Assembly (NCBI RefSeq): GCF_001949145.1 | Contig: NW_019091360.1 | Location: 3,763,816-3,827,815, forward strand | Origin: Acanthaster planci | Taxonomy: Eukaryota | Direction of reading: 5' to 3' | Length of the DNA stretch: 64,000 bases | Shown: piece after piece, positions 24,201 through 33,200 of the stretch | Position numbering within the stretch: position 1 is the stretch's first letter | Layout: each line of letters opens with the position of its first letter | The notes under the pieces: model-generated | The model's input: the letters and a program-made list of their open reading frames with translations, nothing else | Told to the model about the DNA's origin: nothing | The model's database searches: none | Position numbers and translations under genes: made by a program

Positions 24201-27200
24201 CCTCAAGCTTTCAGACCAAGTTCTGTCCCTGCGAGACAACTGCCAGAGATATTTACACCAGTGTTTGATGATGAGGAAAGAATTCGTCCAGTGCCCAAGA
24301 GGTATCCTCAACCTGTCAGAGCTAAATCTGTTCCTCCAAAGGAAGGCCGGCCTGTCAAGAAAACAGATATTGAGCGTTATCACCTTCCATCTTTGCGGGA
24401 GTTCATTGGTAATAGGCCGCATCCTTTCATGCCAAGAGAGAAGTCTGTCACTACAGCACCAACACCTAGCAGAATGTCAAGCACCTCTGAATTCGAAGAT
24501 CACTCTGTGCCACATGAGAGAAGGCCTCGATATGACTCCCAGAGTTCTACAAGCTCCTACAGAGGTAGATCAACAACTCCAACAGCTAGGTATGGTGGGA
24601 GGAGTGTAACTCCAGCATCTGATTATGGAGACAAAGACTACCGTCGTACCTCACTGGACAGACCAACTCCTCAGAGCTTCAGGCAGAGGTCCAAATCACC
24701 AAGTATGTCAACTGTCCCAAAGCGAAGTCGCACTCCAACAACACCCGAGTATGAGAGATCATTTGACTCCTTCAGACCAAGATCCATTTCGCCGAGAGCT
24801 GCAGTGGTCTTAGAGAGAGGTGCTAAGCCACCATCATCGGTACACAAGCATTCTTACGATGCCGCTCAGAGACGAGACATGACACCAACTTTCTCTGACA
24901 CACAGCACAGGCCAAGGGACATGAGACTACTGTCAACCGATTCAGTTGAATCCTTTGACTCAAGATCTCGTTCCCCAGGTCTAAGACGCTCTGTGACACC
25001 CGTTGGAACTGACTCTGAACGCACACCACGGGAGATCATGATCATTGAGAGAATGTCATCCTATGATTCCACCAGTGGAAGATCTATCTCACCAACTCCT
25101 GAAAAGAGACACAGAGAATTCCCGAAATCATCCGTGAAGAAGTCCTCTGCTTCACCCACAGTCTCTGCTCCCAGACGTGACAGTACTCCAACCTACCCAG
25201 ATTATCGGCGTAGAGAATATTCCTTGTCGTCTTCAGACATAGAATCCTTTGAAGCACCTAGACTAAGGCCTGCATCACCTAGAGTTACTCCACATCACAG
25301 ACAAAGTACCAAGCCATCCGATGATGCAGAACAGCAGCAGAGAGATTACCAGTTGCTGTCAACTGACTCTATTGAGTCATACAGTGGACGATCCCCATCA
25401 CCTCTTCATGGCCGTCCAGTCACACCAGTTGGCACCGATTCTTTGCGCACTCCAAGAGAGATCCGCATTATTGAAAGGTTGTCATCCTACGATTCAGTGA
25501 GGCAGAGTGGCATATCACCGGTTCCTGGCACCCGACGCAGTGTAACTCCATCTCAGGAGCAACTGCAGAGAGATGCCAGGAGACCAGTCTCTCCAAGGAT
25601 GCCTTCTTCATCTGCAGTTTATTCTGATCAGAAGAGGAGTATGACATCATCAGAGCAATATCATAGGGATTACCCCATACCTTCAGACAGAAAATCTGTT
25701 GAGACACGTGCAAGAAGACCTGCCTCACCAGAGGTGACAAGACACCACAGACGAAGTGTTACACCAACATCATCTGACACTGAGCGCAGGCACAGAGACT
25801 CCCGATTGTTGTCAACAGACTCACATGAATCATACAGTGGTCGGCCTACATCACCTCATTCTGGAAGACCCGTCACTCCAGTTGCTACTGATTCACTACG
25901 TACTGCCAGAGAAATCAAGATCATTAGCAAGTTGTCATCTTACGATACACCAAGAGAGAGTGCCATGTCACCAGTTTTGGGCACAAGGCGAAGTGTGACA
26001 CCAACTTACCAGCGACGGCCAAGTGATGTGAAGAGACCTGTTACTCCCAAGACCTATGCTTCTGCCCAGGAATCAAGCACACCCTCAGCTCCAAGGGGTA
26101 CCTTGGCATCAATGTCTGATGTTACCACAAGAAAATCTTACACATCTCCTCGACCTGCCTCTCCCAGAGATGTCTCACACCGAGATTCTCGGCGAGAGCG
26201 CGCCAGTTACAGGCAGCTGTTATCAGAGGGTGAATCTTCTGAGACCCAGCTTACACCTCAGCCAACATCATTACTCCCAGAGCGTCCAGTTACTCCGGTT
26301 GCTACACAGTCTCTACGTACAGCAAGAGAAATCCGCATTGTGGATAGGATATCCACAAGAGACAGAACGACTTCACCAACTACACGATCCAAGCAAAGGG
26401 ATTACAGCTTGCCATCAAGTCAGAGCACATCAGCCTATTCGAAGCCTGAACGTAGAGATTACCAGTCTTCTTCATATGCCTCATCAACCAGATCTTATGA
26501 TAGATTTGAACCTCAGCATTTGTACAGACAGAGATCATCGTCCCCAGTGAAACGCTCAGTCTCACCAATCTCTTTGGGTGTTCAGGAAAGGGATTTGTAT
26601 TCATCATCTAGCAAGAAGTCATACCGTGATAGCTACGAGTCGAGTCGTAGCCACCGACAAAGATCACCATCACCTAAAGTCATCACAACTGATTATGACC
26701 GTGACTACACCTCAGCTGGTAGGAGATATGACACTGACAGATCATTCACTGAAGATTCATTTAGAACAACAACGTCTGCATCAAGACTGTCTCCAACTTC
26801 AGCTGAAGACCGATATGAGAGAAGCTTTGATTCGTATGCCCGATCTTCCAAACAGAAGAGCTCCAAAGGTGGTGCCTTTGCCCCAGTTGGAGTGGGAAAG
26901 CCAGGTTCTGCTCCAAAAGCTGAACTGCCTTTCAAATTGGAATCTGATTTGTTGGAGGAATCGGGTTCAGATCACTCCAGCCCAGCTCGATTCATCCCTC
27001 TTGCTGATGAAGAAGGAGTTGAGGCAATCCGTCTGGACACACTCGAAAAGGCGCCAGATAAGCCTGAAGCTGTAACAAAAGATGAAGTACCCATAGATTC
27101 CAAACCAACCGAAGAAGATGCTGAGCCAAAGGAAAAGGAGGATGTAGAAGATGAGAAGGATGAAGACTCAGAACGCTTGCTTGCTAAGAAGAAGCAGGCA

Positions 27201-30200
27201 ATGATTGAAACAGATCAGAAGATTGATGACACTGAAGGAGATGGACCACCAGAGTTTGTCCAGCGCCTGCGGGACATGACAGTAAATGATGGAGCTCGAG
27301 TTGTCTTGGAAGTCCAAATAACTGGTAAGTTGGCATCTGACTGTACCACTTTTTTGAAAATTATACCATGAATAGCTATTTGTTTGGAATTATGTTGCAT
27401 ATTCCCCTAATGGAATGAAATTAAGTAATAAATTGAGTAGTTCAAGTTTAATGATATGAATGAGACTTTACATGGATTTTTCCCTAATTGATAATTTAAG
27501 GAATGTCATCATTTTAATTTGAGTTTATTAGTTGACTATTGATCTGTTTTTTCTTTCAATCTAATTAGTTGCAAATTAGAAAAAAAACCTCTTGGTTTGC
27601 ATTGTGATACCTCAGGTGCACGGCCAATGGATGTTGGCTGGCTTCGTAATGGACAAGACATACCAGACAGTGATGAGTTCCACTATGTCAGCCGGGGCAA
27701 CATTCACCAGCTGGTGATCGCCGAGGTCTTCCCTGAAGACTCTGGCAAATACACTTGTGAAGCTCTGAATGATCATGGCGAGGCAGACTGCCAATGCACA
27801 CTGAATGTCATAGGTGAGGAAACCTCAACAGAAGTTGTAGCAGGATTGAGTCAGGAGCTAGTTTCCCCATAGCCTGCCCCGGAGAAAGAATTCAGTTTAA
27901 ACTTGAGTAGTAAAAAGACAACTTTGTGATACCACAAATGATGAGTACTAATGGTGGACTTAAGTGGGAAGAACTTTCTTGGCTGATTTTTCTAGATTTA
28001 AGATTAATTCTCATGAACCTTGAAAGTCTTCGTTTGGTTATAAATGTTCAAATAGATTTCAGTGCCTAGTATAACAAGATTTATACAACTACACCTGTGG
28101 GGATTTAAAGTCACTTGTTTTCATTGCACCTGTGGGGACTTAAAGTCACTTGTTTGATTTGACAGAGGAGCCTAGTGTGAGTATAAGTATCAACGTGAGT
28201 CAAGACATCACAGCGACAACCACCGACCATCAAGCCATCATGGATGATGAGAACATCCCTCCAGAGTTCTTTGAGGAACCCCAGTCTCAGACTGTGGAGG
28301 AAGGAGGGATGGCACGCTTTGTGTGCGACGTGGATGGGGAACCCATCCCAACAGGTACCTGGAATCTTTGTCATCGTTTTGCCTTCAGTGGTGTAACTAT
28401 GATAGACACAGCAGGAGTGGACAGCCCGTATGCTCCTTGAAAAAAATGTATCCACCCCAGGTGCCCTTTGGAAATTTTACCCTGGTTTAATTGCCACTGA
28501 TTGCCTTCAAAATTATAAGCAGTTGATGTTAACACTTTGCAAAATATCAAATTTTCAGGGCCGTGTCCATTCTTTGGTAGAATGTAGCCCTCCTCATGTG
28601 CTTTCTAGTCCTCTCTGTTTCTAGCCATCCGTGTCCAGGTTACTCCTGTTTCAATAAATGTCGTCACTCCTCCGTCTTTTCCTCTTGTCTGTGCATGGTT
28701 GCCAATCTGTCAAAATATCTGCTAAAATGTCTAATTATGCAGGATGACATCTAGGGAGTGTATGTAGCATGTCTTGTGCAGATGCAAATTTGGTCTTATA
28801 TTATGATCTTTTTGTTGTTCAGTGAAAGTAAACTTCATCTAAGCATTTGATAGTGATTCATTTTGATCCAACTGTTATTTCCTAAAATTCGACATATTGC
28901 TCCTTCTCACTTAAGTCAAATGCTGTATGGGGTTAGCTGCATTTAAATACTTTTGTGCATATCGGAAATGTTCTTTTCAGTTAACAAGTTTTGATTTTGT
29001 TTTTCCTGAAATAGTTACATGGTCAAAAGACGACGTACCAATCAGAGATGGAGGCCGCTTCCGGGTGTACTCGGACAAGTTCTCCCACACTTTTGAAATT
29101 CCTGTTGCCCTGGCAACAGATGAGGGAGAATATGTGTGTACAGCCACCAATAAGGAGGGCCAGACCGAATGCGGATTCAGTCTGAGAGTTATCCAGGATC
29201 AGACAGCTGCTGTTGCAGACAAGCAAATCATTGAGTAAGTATAGCTTCAAATTCACAGTCATTGTCTGTCTGTTCTTTTGGACAATAAGATTCAGTTTCA
29301 CAGGTCTACCTGCCAGATATTGCTTAACAAATTCACGTGCTCAGCAAAAATGAGCTGTTTACCAGTCAGAGGATATATGGAATACTGTATAGCTTGGTTG
29401 GTATCCTATTTTTGCTTAGTACAAAGTTTCCTTGCTTAGCCCATCTCTTTGGTCAACTGCTCTGAACTGACCCATGATTTTCTGAAAATTCATCACCTTC
29501 TAAGGAGATCCTTAGAACTATTTCATCCTTCCAAAAAAATTATTAGAGGCCAAAATGTCCAGTCCGGTGCCACAGATTGAAATCTTTGGAGCTGGTTAGT
29601 AGAATCTATTGTTCAGCGGTATGTTAGAAAAAAACTCAGCTTGAAATTGATGACCTTTTGCATACGTTACAAAGCATTTCAGCTCGCAACCTCCGTTGGT
29701 ACAGTAAATTTTTTTCCAGGCTTTGTAAATTTCCATGTATATAAGCTCCTGAGATGAGGCCCAGGTCACAGTCACAATCTTCACCACTGAATTATTTGCT
29801 TTTGCTGTCATCATATCTCTGTGTATGTCTCTGTGTCTATCGTCCTATTTCTCTTCCATCTCACCTCCCTTGTATTTATCTGTGCACTTTGAACCAGTTT
29901 TTTTATGCAGCACCACCCCCCCCCCATTCCTCTTCACCACATTCTTTTTGTCTTCACTCATTCACCTCGCTCTCCTTTCACTTACAGTGCGACTGGACCA
30001 CAGTCCACTCCACCTGTCACTTCATCTGAACCCATTGCAATCTTTGCACCTGTTGCACAATCTGCTCCTGATCAGGACAGGTTAGACATTCCTTTATCAG
30101 CTGTATGTTCAATAAATATTGGGCACATTTTCTTTTTTCAGTTTGCATGTTTTGGGTTACAAACACTGATTATAGCTCTGTTATCTGTGTCAGTTAAAAG

Positions 30201-33200
30201 ACATTTATAAATACCTAGGACAGTTTTTCTATTCATGTTGGTCGAAATGCATCACATGACCGCGTATGAACATTTGATAATGCCCACTGAGAAGTGCATA
30301 AATCATGCACTGGCACATGAATACGAGACAGTTTAATCAATTCTGGTTGGTCAAGAGTCCATGTGCTGTGCACACGGCTCACCATACGTGCACCAAGTTC
30401 ATTGAAGGGGATTCTATTGGACAACTTCCAAAAGGAATGTATCATAAAATGGATGGGGGTGTTTGGGAAAATACAAGGAAAGTGTAGAACAAAATCGTTG
30501 GAAATTCATCATATATTGACCTTGTTTGACTCTAGATAAAAAGGTATTTATGAATGGGAATAATTATGTGCTTGGCCAGTCTTAAGATAATGTTTAAGAT
30601 CTTGCTCAGGAGAACGGACGCCGATAATGCCCTTGCCCACAGCTCAGGCATACTAGTCACATCCATTCTCCTGAGCCAGTCTTAAATGCACGTTTAAGAC
30701 CAGCCAATCACGTAATTATTCCCTTAATAACATATTATGTCTGTTCTCATGATACTTAGTTTTACTACCTTTACAAAAAGTTTCAAGTGAAGTTCGATTT
30801 TTATGCCCCCAAATTTAATTAAATAGTGCTTTGATTTTGTCAGGTTATGGAATTTTAATGCTTTATTTCATCTCTAGTTTTATTCTACTGTTCTTTGTTC
30901 AGGAACTTTGGCATGGTCTTTTATTTGGGTCGGTGCAGCAAGCACTCCTCTTAATACATTAATTTCATACTTTTCAATTTTCAACCAAATTGATAAGCAC
31001 TTAAACTTTTGCTCAGCCTCTGCAAGACAGGACCACCTCTGAACAAATATTTATGCACCATGCAATCAAACGAGTTGATTCCTAGCATTATTTGTCTGAA
31101 CCTTCAACATTTTGCCCCGTACAGTGAGGTGATTGCTCAGTTTGATGACACCATGGATGCTATCGGTGAACCAGTTCGATTCTCCTCCGATTCAGAAGCA
31201 CCCGTCTTTGTAGAAGAACTCCAAGACCAGGTATAGAATTCTTGAGCAAATTAATAACACCAGTTTATGAACCTTGTTATTCCACAAAGTTATGCCATAA
31301 ATTACCATCTTGGCATTTGTAATAAATCTGTATAAAAAGTCATCTTGACAATCACAGATTTCTGAGGGCATCTTGCTGCAAGTTTTCTTTTTAGGTTTGA
31401 TTTTTTTTATATTAGTGTCTATCCAGAAGCATTGTTCTTTTGTCAGTGGATGTGATACTCTGAGTGGTAATCTTTTTTTATTTATTTTGCTGTTGAACTA
31501 GTTTCAGTTTGGTAATTACTCTTTTATCTCTGCCAAAATGATATGTTTGGTATCATGACCAAAGGTCAAGAATATTTTTGACACTTAGAAACTATTTTCA
31601 TTATCATCAGAAAAGCCATATGCTGACAAACTCTTAATAGATAGGTTTTCAACTAAATATTTAGTAAGAATTTCATAAGATATCTTCAGTGCTTCTGTGA
31701 TGTCACTGCTGCATGAGAGTTTATTTAGCTGATAAGAAATTTGATAAATCTTTGTCGGCAGATACTTATTCTTAGAGGTATCTGCTCTGAATGGGACAAA
31801 AGGGCTTTTTTGGTACTCATTGAATAGGTGTGCCATGTGGAGTGCAAGTATTTGCACTTCAGCTCGGGGGGGATATCCATGTCAATTCACAAATCAAGTG
31901 CAATTTGCAAGAAAAGAATGTCGACTCAGGAAAGCATTTGTTGTAGTTTATTGAAAGAAAATGTTTTTCAAGAACACATTTGCAGCATGACTTGTGAATG
32001 ACTTCTGGCAATTTACTTGAAACACTTACACTGCACCACACCTAAATTAATTTCATTTGAAAATTACCTTTCTATTCACATTATTTCATTACTGGCAAAA
32101 ATGTGGAAGGTTAATTTTTAATAACAGGTTTTGCCTTCACACCACCTTATATATATAAAACACTGTATACTCAAGTGTTGGTCCAAGAGCTTCATGGAAG
32201 TGTTTTTAATATGGTGATTTTAATGCAGGTGGTTGTTGAGGAAAGTGGGACAAACTTCCAGTGTCGAGTCACGGGCAAACCCCTGCCTGACATCACCTGG
32301 TTCTTTGAAGGCCGACCAATCAAATCCTCCAAGTACTTCCAGATGAGCGAGGAGGATGACATGTGCATCCTGACCATAGCAGAGGCATACACCGAGGATG
32401 CTGGGAAATATAGTTGCCATGCCAACAATGAGGCAGGGGAGGCAGTGACATCAGCCATGTTGGTGGTGCATGGTAAGGAACTCGTTGATATCAGTCACAT
32501 CATTCTAACGTTCATGAGCCAAAAGGATCGTTGTCTTATAAAAATCAGTATTACAGTCGATTATGTCATAAGCCCCTGTAAGTCTAAAGCCATCAAGTTG
32601 TATGTCAAATCATATCCATTCACATTGTTCAATATTACTTGTGATTGGTGTTAACAAAGGACTCCTGACTAAACACATGAAAGTACTTGTGATGGACTCT
32701 GCTGCATCACTGTTAATAGTGACGGAAATCTTGACGTTTTTGGAATATGAAAGGAAAAAACAACAGCGGACATCGGTATGTGATTCAGCCGTTTTAAATA
32801 CAAGAATTCTGTGGTAGTAACAAGCTTCATATTTCCTTTTCCATCCAACATTCAGAACCTGCCCCACCAGCTGACATCACACCATCCCCTGCAGCTGAAT
32901 CAATCAGCCAACAAGCGCCCTCTTTTGACAAGAAAATCCAGGACTGTGAAGCACAAGCCAATAGCGAGGCTAGATTTGAATGCACTGTCAAAGGGACGCC
33001 CATTCCTGAAACCAAATGGTAAGAATAATAGATTCTTCCATTTCATGTTGAAAGTCTGAAGGATGCAATCTTTCTGGTTGAATCCCAATTTTAGTTCCAA
33101 TGGGAGCGGTATTTCTCTTTTGTGGGAAGCTACCTGTTTATTCTGTGGCATTCCTTTAGCCTTTTCAGACAAATTTAAACAGATTTTTAATGAAAGGGCC

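Noticed and set aside
23310..27371. 1353-aa ORF as a stand-alone intronless gene
   Set aside because: It has a non-ATG start, phase-compatible splice sites at both ends, and finishes with half an Ig domain completed by exon 27616-27813.
23431..27400. Overlapping alternative-frame and antisense ORFs in the giant exon
   Set aside because: They are shadows of the long coding frame and have no recognisable motifs.
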